From the NCBI GenBank assembly GCA_045226015.1, contig JBGVBY010000013.1, forward strand, positions 147,922 to 211,921: a DNA stretch of 64,000 bases, written 5' to 3'. The DNA comes from Bacilli bacterium. Its GTDB lineage: Bacteria > Bacillota_I > Bacilli_A > RFN20 > CAG-826. A program made the position numbers and the translations under genes. Under the pieces are notes generated by a model. It saw nothing but the letters and a program-made list of their open reading frames with translations. It was not told the origin of the DNA and did not search any database. Shown here one piece after another: positions 36,460 through 46,910 of this stretch (within the stretch, counting starts at the first letter, position 1; the number at the start of each line of letters is the position of its first letter).

Positions 36460-37192
36460 AATAATAAATCCTTCCTTCCTTATGAATTTTGGTGTTATAG
36501 ATCTCTTCTAAAAGTTTTCTATTTATATCTTCTTTGGAGCAAACTTTATGCAGTTCATTATCTTTTATAAAGATAAATTTTTCTCCAATAGATATAGCCT
36601 GATTAATATCGTGCATCGTAAGAATGATTGTTTTTCCATTCTTTTTTGATGCATCTATGATGATTGATAATATCTCCTTTTGAGATTTGATATCAAGGTT
36701 AGAGGTTGGTTCATCAAAGATAATAACTTTACTATCTTGGACTAACGCAGTGGCGATACTTACTCTTTGGAGTTCACCTCCAGAGATTTCATATGTTGTT
36801 TTATCTTTAATTTCTTCTAAACCCAATTGAGCAATGATTTCATCAACAGCTTCTATGTCTTCTTTTCTTGGGTATAAGGTAAAGTCGTGAAGCCTACCCA
36901 GTAAAATTGTCTCTTTAACAGTCAAATCTGTTCTTTTTGATTCTTGAGGAACAAAAGACAACAAAGTGGCCTTATCTTTTGCCTTCATCCTTTTGATTGA
37001 TTTTTCATCAATCTGAATGTTGCCATTTTTGATTTTTAAAAGTCCAAGAATGCAGTTGATAAGAGTGGTTTTACCCGCTCCATTAGGGCCAAGAAGAACA
37101 GCGATTTCTCCTTCGTTTATTTCTAAAGAAATATCACGTAAGATTTCTTTCTTATTGTCGTAAGAAAAAGAAAGATTGTTAATCTTAATCAT
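36449..37192 (-). CDS. ABC transporter ATP-binding protein (iron-complex type)
   Basis: Walker A GPNGAGKTT, signature LSGGELQRV, Walker B IIFDEPT. Confidence 0.9.
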   Translation of the reverse strand: MIKINNLSFSYDNKKEILRDISLEINEGEIAVLLGPNGAGKTTLINCILGLLKIKNGNIQIDEKSIKRMKAKDKATLLSFVPQESKRTDLTVKETILLGRLHDFTLYPRKEDIEAVDEIIAQLGLEEIKDKTTYEISGGELQRVSIATALVQDSKVIIFDEPTSNLDIKSQKEILSIIIDASKKNGKTIILTMHDINQAISIGEKFIFIKDNELHKVCSKEDINRKLLEEIYNTKIHKEGRIYYYEI

Positions 37193-38231
37193 GTTTCTTC
37201 CTCCTACTTAATAAAAGTAATACAACAAATATAGGCGCTCCAATTATTGGAGTAATTGCTCCTACTGGTAGTGTATATCCATTTAAAGCAATCTTAGAAA
37301 TCATGTCACAGATTACTAAAGATGTGGATCCAAGAAGCATACTTGCAGGTATTAGAATCTTATGATCATTACCAACTATCTTTCGACAAATTTGAGGTAT
37401 AACAAGTCCGATAAACCCTATAATACCCACCATAGAAACAGATACCGCGGTGAGTAATGAGGCAAGAAGTAGTGATATAAATCTAAATAAATTTAGATTA
37501 ATACCTAGCATTGATGCGTTATCACTTCCTAAAAGTAATGCGTTATATCGATAGGCAAAAACCATAAAGAAGACAAGAGAAATAACAACAACCACTAAAA
37601 TGATTAAATCATCTGTGTAACTGGCTCTACCTAAATCTCCAAACGACCAATATATTGCGGTGCTTAAAGATGTATCAGTTGCGAAATATTGAATAAGAGT
37701 GGTAACTCCAGTAGCAAACATGCCAAAGGTGATACCAATTAAAACCGTAGTGGCAGGATTAAATCTAGAAAATCTAGATAAGAACAACACTAAAAGTGTT
37801 GATACAAAGGCAAAGATAAACGCCATCGCACTTACAAAATAAGGAGATTCAGTAATTAGATTACCTCCATTAACGGCGATAACTCCTCCGCCCATTGTGA
37901 TAATTGCGACGTTAGCACCTAATACAGCAGAGTTAGAAACACCTAAAGTAGTAGGAGAGGCCATAACGTTATTTGACACTGTTTGAATGATAAGCCCACT
38001 CATAGATAAAGCAGCACCGATTAATACAGCGGCTATAATTCTTGGTAACCTAATCTTTTGAACGATCGTGTTATTTGCTTTCGTGCTTTCTCCAAACAGT
38101 CCTTTTATTCCTTCAACAAAGCTAATATGACTTGACCCTATAAATATAGAGGCAACAAACGCTACAAGTAAAAGAACACTGATGGAGATTAAAAATATCA
38201 GTCTTTTTTGTTTGAGTGATAATGAACTCAT
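37185..38231 (-). CDS. FecCD-family ABC permease (iron-complex/B12 type)
   Basis: ~9-10 TM segments and a length typical of BtuC/FecCD proteins. Confidence 0.85.
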   Translation of the reverse strand: MSSLSLKQKRLIFLISISVLLLVAFVASIFIGSSHISFVEGIKGLFGESTKANNTIVQKIRLPRIIAAVLIGAALSMSGLIIQTVSNNVMASPTTLGVSNSAVLGANVAIITMGGGVIAVNGGNLITESPYFVSAMAFIFAFVSTLLVLFLSRFSRFNPATTVLIGITFGMFATGVTTLIQYFATDTSLSTAIYWSFGDLGRASYTDDLIILVVVVISLVFFMVFAYRYNALLLGSDNASMLGINLNLFRFISLLLASLLTAVSVSMVGIIGFIGLVIPQICRKIVGNDHKILIPASMLLGSTSLVICDMISKIALNGYTLPVGAITPIIGAPIFVVLLLLSRRKKHD

Positions 38232-38244
38232 GGTTTAATCCTAA

Positions 38245-38258
38245 TCTATAAATATAGA
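38245..38258. promoter_or_regulatory. Perfect palindrome TCTATAAATATAGA, candidate TetR operator
   Basis: Located in the divergent region between the ABC importer operon and the TetR gene. An ATAGATA direct repeat is adjacent. Confidence 0.4.
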
Positions 38259-38303
38259 TAAGAATAGATAAAAAGAAACAATAATAGTATAATGTGTTCG
38301 ATT

Positions 38304-38861
38304 ATGAGATATAAGAGTAGTGAAAAAAGTGCGTTAAAAAGAATCGAAGACGCTTTATGTGACCTCATTCAAAAAGAAGACTATAACAAGTTAACTTGTT
38401 CGGACATCATTAAAGAGTCAAAAGTATCAAGATCGACATTCTATTTATACTTTAAAAACAAGGATCAAGTTGTCACTTTATTATGTGATAACATCTTTAA
38501 TCATGTTTTTGATCATCATTTGAGTAAAGAAAAGCATCATGATTTCTCTCATGAACATGAAAACTACATCAAGATGATTGATCATTCTTTCTATCATTTT
38601 CTTGAAGATAAAGAATTAATTCTTTCTATCCTCAATAGTGGGGCATCTTCCATCTTCTTAAAGCAACTAAGAAAAAGAGTGAGGCCTCTAATAAGCCATC
38701 TCTTAGAAGAAGGGATAATTGGGAATAACGATGTACCGTTTGATATGAAAGAACATCAATATGTGAACGGTTATACCTCTTTACTTCAGTATTATTTAAG
38801 ACACGCGAATGACGTTAAACCTGAAGTGATAAGCGAATATTTCATAAAAATGTGTAGATGA
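38304..38861 (+). CDS. TetR-family transcriptional regulator
   Basis: N-terminal helix-turn-helix CSDIIKESKVSRSTFYLYFKNKDQV. A TATAAT box at 38288-38293 overlaps the upstream ATG at 38292, so 38304 is preferred. Confidence 0.75.
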   Translation: MRYKSSEKSALKRIEDALCDLIQKEDYNKLTCSDIIKESKVSRSTFYLYFKNKDQVVTLLCDNIFNHVFDHHLSKEKHHDFSHEHENYIKMIDHSFYHFLEDKELILSILNSGASSIFLKQLRKRVRPLISHLLEEGIIGNNDVPFDMKEHQYVNGYTSLLQYYLRHANDVKPEVISEYFIKMCR

Positions 38862-38936
38862 ATTTCTATATTTTTTTATTTTTCTATTTTTAATAGATAT
38901 GTTTTTGAGTATCATATTACAAATGAGGTAAAAATC

Positions 38937-40145
38937 ATGGATGAATTATTAGAATTAATTAGTAAAGAACAAGACCGTCAAAATAGTGGCATTGAACTCA
39001 TTGCAAGTGAGAATTATACATCTAAAAATATAAGAAATTTAACTGGCAGCATCTTAACAAATAAGTACGCGGAAGGATATCCAGGAAGAAGATATTATGG
39101 AGGATGTGAATTCGTTGACGAAATCGAAAGAATTGCAATTAAAGAATTGTGCAATCTTTTCGGTGCGAAATACGCGAACGTACAACCTCATTCTGGCTCT
39201 CAAGCTAACGCGGCAGCGTATCGTGCTTTAATGCCAAACGGAGGAAAAGTATTATCACTCGTTCTTAATGATGGAGGACACTTAACCCATGGCTCTAAAG
39301 TTAGTTTTTCTAGTAACTTCTATACCTTTGTCCATTACCCACTTGATAAATCAGGTAGATTAAATTACGACTCAATTAGAGAAATCGCTTTAGCAGAAAA
39401 ACCAGACGTTATCTTAAGCGGTTATAGCGCTTATCCTTATGAAATTGATTTTAAAAAAATCAAGGAAATCTGTGACGAAGTAGGTTGCTTCATGATGGTG
39501 GATATGGCCCATATCGCTGGACTTATTGCTGCTAAAAAACACATTTCTCCTATTCCATATGCAGATATCGTTACTAGTACCACTCATAAGACCTTAAGAG
39601 GACCTAGAGGCGGAATTATTCTCACTAACAGTGATGAATTAATTAAGAAAATCAACTCTGCTGTCTTCCCATTTTATCAAGGCGGACCACTTGAACACGT
39701 TATCGCCGCTAAGGCTCAATGCTTCAAAGAAGCAAATAGTGGTGAATTCGTAAAATATGTAGAAAGTTTGATGAACAACACCAAAGTATGTTCAAAAACA
39801 TTACGTGAATTGGGCGCTTTAGCAACAGATACAGAAAATCACTTATTCCTTCTCAATACCTTAGATTCATTTGGAATCACTGGCTTAGAAGCTCAAAAGA
39901 AATTAGAAGAAATTGGAGTGACCACGAATAAGAACATGATTCCTGGAGATAAACTTACTCCAAAAGAAACTAGTGGACTTCGTATTGGCTTTGCGGCAGT
40001 TACTACTAGAGGCTGTACTGAAAGCGATGCAAAAGAAATTGCAAAACTGATGTTTGACTATCTAAAAGGCAATATCGACACCGATTCTGCAAAAGCGAAA
40101 GTCAAAGAAATCACTTCTAGATGGAAGCTCATTGAAAACATTTAA
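38937..40145 (+). CDS. glyA: Serine hydroxymethyltransferase
   Basis: PLP-binding motif TTTHKTLRGPRGG. Confidence 0.97.
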   Translation: MDELLELISKEQDRQNSGIELIASENYTSKNIRNLTGSILTNKYAEGYPGRRYYGGCEFVDEIERIAIKELCNLFGAKYANVQPHSGSQANAAAYRALMPNGGKVLSLVLNDGGHLTHGSKVSFSSNFYTFVHYPLDKSGRLNYDSIREIALAEKPDVILSGYSAYPYEIDFKKIKEICDEVGCFMMVDMAHIAGLIAAKKHISPIPYADIVTSTTHKTLRGPRGGIILTNSDELIKKINSAVFPFYQGGPLEHVIAAKAQCFKEANSGEFVKYVESLMNNTKVCSKTLRELGALATDTENHLFLLNTLDSFGITGLEAQKKLEEIGVTTNKNMIPGDKLTPKETSGLRIGFAAVTTRGCTESDAKEIAKLMFDYLKGNIDTDSAKAKVKEITSRWKLIENI

Positions 40146-40151
40146 AAAAAT

Positions 40152-40177
40152 AAGACCAATAGGGTCTTTTATTTTTG
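40152..40177. terminator. Bidirectional terminator between glyA and the convergent hydrolase gene
   Basis: AAGACC-AATAG-GGTCTT flanked by A/T runs. Confidence 0.6.
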
Positions 40178-41098
40178 TTCGATGAATTCTTTAACCACTC
40201 TTTTGTAGCGATCTTCATTGATGATATAACTAATTCCGTGTTCCGCTCCTTTAAAGAGTTCATATTGGACTTTATCAGGATAAGCGTCGTATAGTCTCTT
40301 TGAGAATTCGTATGGAACAATTGTGTCGATATCACCGTGGATGATCAAGAATTTAGCCTTTGAATCTTTTACACTTAGTGAAGCGTCATCTTTTGAAAAA
40401 CTAGAATGACCAAAGATGATTGAAGTTAAATTGGCGATTGGGTATAAAATCTTTGGATTTGCTTTAAGGAACACTTTGATTGTCTGATAAATAATTTCTT
40501 TTGGTTTAAGATAAGGACAATCAGCGATGACTAAATCTCCTTCTTTAAGGTTATTAGAGGCAAGTAAGACACTTGCTCCACCCATAGAAATGCCGATTAA
40601 AACGATTTTAATATCGTTTCCAAAGGTTTTATAGGCAAAGTCGATCCAACTCTTAACATCTTTCTTTTCACGCACTCCAAAGGTTATTTGGTGGCCCTTA
40701 GATAACCCGTGTCCTCTTTCATCAGCAAGGATAACGTTATAGCCAGAATCAATCATGAGTCGAGCGCCACCAGAGAAGTCTCTAGTTGCGGTTCCACGAT
40801 ATCCATGCATCATGATGCAAACTGTTTTGGAATTATTTCTATATAATCTAGCGTGCAGTTTGATTTTATCAAAAGAAGTGATATATGCATCTTCATAAGG
40901 GACTTCGTTAATTCTATCTATAAGATTCATCACTCTTTCTTTAGAAGCAAACTTAAGAGTGGCGGCAGTTAATTTACGGTCATCATTTTGTCCTTTATGG
41001 GGACTATAGTAATTCGCATAGTTAATGTAAGCTAGGAGCGCAAAAAAGATGAGAACTAGTCCACCAAAAACTCCTAAAGTGATATACAACCAAAGCAT
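40169..41098 (-). CDS. Membrane-anchored alpha/beta hydrolase (S9/esterase-like)
   Basis: N-terminal TM segment, nucleophile elbow GISMGGA, C-terminal IHGDID and AEHG. Confidence 0.8.
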   Translation of the reverse strand: MLWLYITLGVFGGLVLIFFALLAYINYANYYSPHKGQNDDRKLTAATLKFASKERVMNLIDRINEVPYEDAYITSFDKIKLHARLYRNNSKTVCIMMHGYRGTATRDFSGGARLMIDSGYNVILADERGHGLSKGHQITFGVREKKDVKSWIDFAYKTFGNDIKIVLIGISMGGASVLLASNNLKEGDLVIADCPYLKPKEIIYQTIKVFLKANPKILYPIANLTSIIFGHSSFSKDDASLSVKDSKAKFLIIHGDIDTIVPYEFSKRLYDAYPDKVQYELFKGAEHGISYIINEDRYKRVVKEFIEQK

Positions 41099-41172
41099 GT
41101 AAATATTTTACTTAATAAGACTAAAAATAAAAATATTTTATTTGCGACTTATTTCTTTTATAATCAATTGCG

Positions 41173-42180
41173 ATGAAAAAAGATATTTACGATATTAATT
41201 ACCATAGTGTTCTTGATGTCTATGAGACTCAAAAGGCAATTAAGTTTGTTAAAGACACATTCCAAAAGTCTTTATCTAAACGTTTAAATCTTTTAAGAGT
41301 GACCGCTCCATTGTTTGTGCTTAATAAAAGTGGATTAAACGATGGATTAAGTGGAAAAGAAACTCCGATATCTTTTAATGCGAATAATATTGACGATGAT
41401 ATTGAAATCGTCCATTCTCTAGCAAAATGGAAAAGAATGGCCCTTTCTAAATACGATATCCATGTCGATAAAGGCATCTACACTGATATGAACGCGATTA
41501 GAAAAGATGAAAACATCGATTTCATTCATTCAATCTACGTTGATCAATGGGATTGGGAAAAACATATCTTAGAAAAGAATCGTACTTACCGTTATCTTAA
41601 AAGTGTAGTGAGAAAGATTTATGCATGCATATTTGAATTATCAAATAAAGTTGCAGAAAAATACCCTGATTTAAAGAATGAATTACCCAAAGATATCTTC
41701 TTTATATCCACGAAAGAATTAGAAAAAATGTATCCAAATCTCTCTAGAAAAGAAAGAGAAGATGAGATTACTAGAATCCATAAAGCGGTGTTCTTATATC
41801 AAATCGGAGGAAATCTTAAAGATGGTAGACCTCATGATGATCGAGCTGCCGACTATGATGATTGGAAACTCAATGGAGACATCTTAGTCTATTATTCTCT
41901 TTACGATATGGCGTTTGAACTATCTAGCATGGGTATCAGAGTGAATAAAGATAGTTTAGTTAAACAACTCAAAGCTAAAGGTGAAGAATATAAGCTTAGT
42001 AACGATTACTGTAAATCAATTCTTGATGATACACTTCCTCAATCAATCGGAGGAGGAATTGGACAATCCAGACTCTGTATGTTCATGCTTAAGAAAGCAC
42101 ACATCGGAGAAGTCCAAGTATCAAACTGGAACGAAAAAGAAGTTGAAGAACTCAAAAAACATAATATATATCTTTTATAG
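41173..42180 (+). CDS. asnA: Aspartate--ammonia ligase (asparagine synthetase A)
   Basis: AsnA blocks VHSLAKWKR, SIYVDQWDWEK, ILVYYSLYDMAFELSSMGIRV and QSIGGGIGQSRL. Confidence 0.95.
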   Translation: MKKDIYDINYHSVLDVYETQKAIKFVKDTFQKSLSKRLNLLRVTAPLFVLNKSGLNDGLSGKETPISFNANNIDDDIEIVHSLAKWKRMALSKYDIHVDKGIYTDMNAIRKDENIDFIHSIYVDQWDWEKHILEKNRTYRYLKSVVRKIYACIFELSNKVAEKYPDLKNELPKDIFFISTKELEKMYPNLSRKEREDEITRIHKAVFLYQIGGNLKDGRPHDDRAADYDDWKLNGDILVYYSLYDMAFELSSMGIRVNKDSLVKQLKAKGEEYKLSNDYCKSILDDTLPQSIGGGIGQSRLCMFMLKKAHIGEVQVSNWNEKEVEELKKHNIYLL

Positions 42181-42189
42181 AGGCTAAAT

Positions 42190-43377
42190 ATGGAAGAAAC
42201 AGCAAAAAAAACAAATAAAATATTAGATTTCTTTATTAAAACCCTTAACGGAACCGCTTATGGATTATTCGCTACTTTAATTGTAGGAACAATCTTTGGA
42301 GCGATTTCAACATTTTTCTCCTATGGAGAATACGATAATGGTTTTTGCTGGTTCATGACGAGACTATTTAGTTCTTCCGTCCGTGTTATATATTCCTATG
42401 AAACCCTAGATGGAGTAAAAACCATCTCTAGTGGTGGGCTTGGTTATGTTTTACAAATGTTAACAGGTGCAGGAATAGGAGTTGGAGTTGGCTTATCACT
42501 TAAATTTGACCCACTTAAAACAATAGTTTTAGCGGCTGTCGGAGAAATTGCTGCTTTCTTCTCTTTATCCACTGGATTTGTAACTGATCCAAGCAATTTG
42601 AAGTATTTATTTGGTTCTTTCCAAGCTGGAGATCCATTAACTATTTATTTCGTCTGCATATTAACCGCTTTAGCGATGAAATATCTATTCCGTAAGAAAA
42701 CACCTGTAGATGTGGTTTTGATCCCATTATTAGGAGCGTCTATTGGTTTAGTTACCGCTTTAGGAGTAAGGTATCCTTCTATATGTGTTACTTACGCGAT
42801 TAGATGGCTCGTCGCTAATGGAACACAGGCTGAGCCATTCTCTATGGGAATTATTGTTGCTGTACTTATGGGTATGGCCCTTACCGCTCCTATTAGTAGT
42901 GCGGCTATTGCTGCCGTTATATTTGTTAAAGATGGAGCAGATTCTACTGGATTAATGATTGCTAGTGGAGCAGCAATTGTTGGCTGTTCAACGCAAATGA
43001 TTGGTTTTGCGGTTCAATCTAGAAAAGATAATCCGATTGGAACAGTTATCTCCGTTGCCATTGGAACAAGTATGTTCCAGTTTAAGAATATTCTTAAAAA
43101 ACCTGTTATTTGGTTACCAACTATCATCACTTCAGCGATTTTAGGCCCTATTTCTACATGCTGGATTAAATTACAATGTGAAGGGGCTAATGCTGGTATG
43201 GGTACCGCAGGACTAGTTGGTCAAATTGGTACAGTTGTATCTACTGGAGTTGATAAATGGCAAACCTGGGTTGGAATATTTGGGCTTCAAATAGTGGCCC
43301 CTGCCATTTTGGTGTTCTTGTTTGATTTACTCTTTAGAAAACTTGGTTGGATTAAAGAAGGAGATTTAAAGATTTAA
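42190..43377 (+). CDS. Polytopic integral membrane protein of unknown function
   Basis: ~10 glycine-rich TM helices. It follows asnA. Family could not be assigned from sequence alone. Confidence 0.4.
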   Translation: MEETAKKTNKILDFFIKTLNGTAYGLFATLIVGTIFGAISTFFSYGEYDNGFCWFMTRLFSSSVRVIYSYETLDGVKTISSGGLGYVLQMLTGAGIGVGVGLSLKFDPLKTIVLAAVGEIAAFFSLSTGFVTDPSNLKYLFGSFQAGDPLTIYFVCILTALAMKYLFRKKTPVDVVLIPLLGASIGLVTALGVRYPSICVTYAIRWLVANGTQAEPFSMGIIVAVLMGMALTAPISSAAIAAVIFVKDGADSTGLMIASGAAIVGCSTQMIGFAVQSRKDNPIGTVISVAIGTSMFQFKNILKKPVIWLPTIITSAILGPISTCWIKLQCEGANAGMGTAGLVGQIGTVVSTGVDKWQTWVGIFGLQIVAPAILVFLFDLLFRKLGWIKEGDLKI

Positions 43378-43397
43378 GGCGCTTTCGCGTCTTTTTT
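43378..43397 (+). terminator. Intrinsic terminator
   Basis: GGCGC-TTTC-GCGTC (with a G-U pair) followed by TTTTTT. Confidence 0.5.
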
Positions 43398-43410
43398 ATA
43401 AGAGAAAGAT

Positions 43411-45213
43411 ATGAAGAAAATTGTTTTATTACCAATTTCATTACTCGCTAGTGGATTACTTTGCTTAAATGAAGGTCAATCTACTTACGAATTAAAAGCC
43501 ATCGATGGATATGTGATTGCCACTGACGGATGTTCTAAAAAGAGTTTACCAAAATATATCGATTTAAATGATGTTTCTGATTCAGATATTAGAAGCTATT
43601 ATTCTTCATTAATTTCACTTAGTGAAGAAGAGAGAAAAGGCACTAACCTTCTTAAGAATCTTAAGCCTATTCTCTACCAAATGAATTATTACACATATGA
43701 CGACATTTGGAAGGCATATGAAATCACCGATCGTAACTGGGAATTATCTCCTGCTAGTGAAGATGCCTATGGAAATTATGACATTACTTCTAAAACATAC
43801 TCAAACTATGTTTATAAGAAGAACAACCCATACGTTCATACTCTTTATAGAGATTTAAATGACGAAAGTGGATACATCCAAGAGTGGGGTGACCACACAA
43901 TAAATGGCACTAATAGAGAACACGTCTGGTGCCAATCTCGTGGATTTAAAGCTCCTGAAGGTGCTGAAGGCCCAGCTGGAACAGATTTACATCACCTCAT
44001 CAGTGGAGATGGCTATGTTAACCAACAAATTCATAATAATAGTCCTTATGGATTCGTTAATGTTGTGAGTAAAGTTGGTAATCAAGAATACACAAAAAAC
44101 AATAAGCTTGGTACCGCAAAACATACTTCTAGTGAAGATCAATCAACTTTAGTGTTTGAACCTCAAGATAGTGATAAAGGTGATATTGCTAGAGCTATAT
44201 TCTATATGGCAGCCCGCTATAACAACTATAGTGGCACTGATATAATCAGTGATTATGAGCCAAACTTAATCGTTGTTAATTATGCAACTGATGACGGGAA
44301 AAGCGAAATGAGTAGTGCAACTCATCCAGTGGGAATGGGTATTTTAAGCGATCTTCTCGCTTGGAACAAACTCGATCCTGTTGACGAATACGAAATTCAT
44401 AGAAATAACTTAATTTATCGTAACTATCAAGGAAACCGTAATCCATTCATCGATTTCCCTGAATGGGCAGACTATATCTGGGGAACAGTGGATAACGATG
44501 GAAGTAACTATAATCCAACTGTTACTAGAGCTGCTAATCCAAGTAGTGATGCAATTAATGATAAGGGATTATCTATATCTATAACTCATGCAAAATTAGA
44601 TGTAAATGAAACTGCTAAAGTCAGAGCAATTACCGCTGATGAAAGTGGTATTACATGGGAAAGTAGTAACTCCAACATAGTTGAATTATCAAAAACTACC
44701 TCTAATAGTGGAGAAGAAATCACCTTAACCGCTAAAGCGTTAGGTAGCGCAATTATCACCGCTAGAGCAACTGTAGAAGGCGTTGATTTTGTTAGAGAAA
44801 TCAGTGTTTCTGTTAAACACTTAGAATCCATCTCCGTTAGTGGAATGAAGACTGAATATAAAACAAAAGAAATATTCACCACTGATGGAATGGTGGTCAT
44901 TGCTCACTATAGTGATGAGAGTACAGAAATCATCCCTCTTAGTGAAGTCACAATCACCGAGCCTGATATGTCCACAAAAGGTGAAAAAGTAGTTACTGTA
45001 ACCTATAAAAACGTCAGTGTTTCTTTCACAATTAATGTTAAAGGACCAAATATCGTTTTATACGCTGTGATAGGTGGAGGAGCACTTGTTCTTATAACTA
45101 TAGTTATAATTGTTTTTGCAAAAAGTAATAAAAAGACCAAAAAGAAAATCATTAGCACTGTTAAAAAGGGTGCGAAAACATATAAAAAGCCAACTCTAAA
45201 AAGAAATAATTGA
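43411..45213 (+). CDS. Surface-anchored endonuclease I-family extracellular nuclease with C-terminal Ig-like (Big_2) domains and a TM anchor
   Basis: Signal peptide; endonuclease I motifs NREHVWCQS, DLHHLISGDGYVN, FEPQDSDKGDIARAIFYM and GNRNPFIDFPEWADYIWG; Big_2-like repeats; C-terminal TM helix plus a KKTKKK tail. Confidence 0.7.
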   Translation: MKKIVLLPISLLASGLLCLNEGQSTYELKAIDGYVIATDGCSKKSLPKYIDLNDVSDSDIRSYYSSLISLSEEERKGTNLLKNLKPILYQMNYYTYDDIWKAYEITDRNWELSPASEDAYGNYDITSKTYSNYVYKKNNPYVHTLYRDLNDESGYIQEWGDHTINGTNREHVWCQSRGFKAPEGAEGPAGTDLHHLISGDGYVNQQIHNNSPYGFVNVVSKVGNQEYTKNNKLGTAKHTSSEDQSTLVFEPQDSDKGDIARAIFYMAARYNNYSGTDIISDYEPNLIVVNYATDDGKSEMSSATHPVGMGILSDLLAWNKLDPVDEYEIHRNNLIYRNYQGNRNPFIDFPEWADYIWGTVDNDGSNYNPTVTRAANPSSDAINDKGLSISITHAKLDVNETAKVRAITADESGITWESSNSNIVELSKTTSNSGEEITLTAKALGSAIITARATVEGVDFVREISVSVKHLESISVSGMKTEYKTKEIFTTDGMVVIAHYSDESTEIIPLSEVTITEPDMSTKGEKVVTVTYKNVSVSFTINVKGPNIVLYAVIGGGALVLITIVIIVFAKSNKKTKKKIISTVKKGAKTYKKPTLKRNN

Positions 45214-45271
45214 TACTCCGTTTTTGAATTGACTTATAATATAAGTGTCAATTTGTATAGGAGATAATATA

Positions 45272-46675
45272 ATGGCAAATTTAGACGAAAGAATTTGTAT
45301 TATTGGTGGTGGACCAGCTGGTATTTCTGCTGCCATGTACCTTCAAAAGAAGGGATACAAGAATTTTGAAATTTACGAAAAATTAAACAAAGTTGGTGGT
45401 AAATCCTATTCCCCACAAATCGAAGTTAATGGCGAAAAACGTTCCTATGAAACCGGAGCGATTATGGGTGCTTTAACTTATTGGGCTGTTAGTGAAGTCG
45501 AAGAATTCGGTGGAACTAGCCACGCTGATGGTCCAAACATGAGAAGAATGTACCGTGATAGTACAGGGAAAGAAATTCATCCATTTGAACCAAAAGTCGA
45601 TTTCTCATTCAAAAAACTCTTTAGTTTAGTAAAGCTAAAGAAACAAATGAAGAGACTTGTTAAGATCATGAACACCAAATACAAAGGATATGACTGCTAT
45701 GGTCATAGAGGTGTTGCTCAAGGTAAATATGATGGTCTTTCTAAAGAAGTTGATAATCACCTTCAAAGAATGACTGGCGAAAACCCAAATCTTAAAGATT
45801 TAGCATTACCATTTGCAGAATTTTGCAAATTAAATAAAGTTGAAGAAGTTATGAGAATCTGGATTGGTCCTTATACTTCGTTTGGATATGGATATTTTGA
45901 TGAAATTCCAGCCGCGTATGTTATGAAATATTTAGACACAACAACCGCGATTGAATTCGTCAATATGAGACTATGGACATGGAAAGACGGCACTCAATCA
46001 ATTTACGTTAACGCAAATAAGAAACTTCTCCATCCAGTTCACTTAAACACTGAAGTTGTCAAAGTTGAACGTCCAGAAGGTAAGAAAATTAAAGTCACCA
46101 TCAAAGATGAAAAAGGTAGTAGAGTGGAGGAATTCGATAAACTTATCGTTACGACACCTCTTGATAGATTCCTTAATTACAGTGACGCTAGAGAAGACGA
46201 AAAAGAATTATTCTCTAAGATCGTTCATGAAGAATATGTCGACTTCATCGCGAAGTTTGATAAAGATGGTGGCCCAACCATTTCTGGATATATCTTTGAT
46301 AACATGACTCCAGAAACTAGAGGACACGCGATGGTTTATTACCATCGTTGGGAAGATTTGAAAGCCAATTGTCCAAGTGTTGTCTATGCATTAAGAAATC
46401 ACGAAGGCATGGAAAGCATTCCTTACGATGACACGATTAGAATGATGCAAGAAGACATGAAGAAATGTGGCTTCCCAGTCAAAGAAAGACTTTACGAACA
46501 AGAAACATATTATTGTCCACATGTCTCTAGTAAAGATTATGCGGATGGATGGTATGATCGCTTAGAAGCAATTCAAGGTAAAGGAAATACATATTACGCG
46601 GGTGAAATTCTCTCATTCGGTGATATGGAAGACACCTGTGCTTCTAGTAAAGATATCGTTGAAAGATTCTTCTAA
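45272..46675 (+). CDS. FAD-dependent oxidoreductase (amine oxidase/desaturase-like Rossmann fold)
   Basis: N-terminal dinucleotide-binding motif ICIIGGGPAGISAAMYL. An AGGAGA RBS precedes the ATG at 45272. Confidence 0.65.
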   Translation: MANLDERICIIGGGPAGISAAMYLQKKGYKNFEIYEKLNKVGGKSYSPQIEVNGEKRSYETGAIMGALTYWAVSEVEEFGGTSHADGPNMRRMYRDSTGKEIHPFEPKVDFSFKKLFSLVKLKKQMKRLVKIMNTKYKGYDCYGHRGVAQGKYDGLSKEVDNHLQRMTGENPNLKDLALPFAEFCKLNKVEEVMRIWIGPYTSFGYGYFDEIPAAYVMKYLDTTTAIEFVNMRLWTWKDGTQSIYVNANKKLLHPVHLNTEVVKVERPEGKKIKVTIKDEKGSRVEEFDKLIVTTPLDRFLNYSDAREDEKELFSKIVHEEYVDFIAKFDKDGGPTISGYIFDNMTPETRGHAMVYYHRWEDLKANCPSVVYALRNHEGMESIPYDDTIRMMQEDMKKCGFPVKERLYEQETYYCPHVSSKDYADGWYDRLEAIQGKGNTYYAGEILSFGDMEDTCASSKDIVERFF

Positions 46676-46688
46676 TAACTATAAAAAC

Positions 46689-46726
46689 AAAGCCTAGTTT
46701 AGCTCATCTAAATTGGGCTTTTTTCT
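46689..46726 (+). terminator. Intrinsic terminator
   Basis: AAGCCTAGTTTAG..CTAAATTGGGCTT imperfect hairpin followed by TTTTTTCTTT. Confidence 0.55.
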
Positions 46727-46910
46727 TTGCTTGCAACCAAACTACCAAGATATAGTAAAGATTATAAATTAAAACGATATTATACAAAGTATAATATATG
46801 TTATCATTTTTATACCTATGTAAATAAAAATTAACATAATTATTAAAAAATGTTTTTATATATAAAATGATAGTGATATGATTATTCCGTTCGGAAAGTG
46901 AGGATTATTC

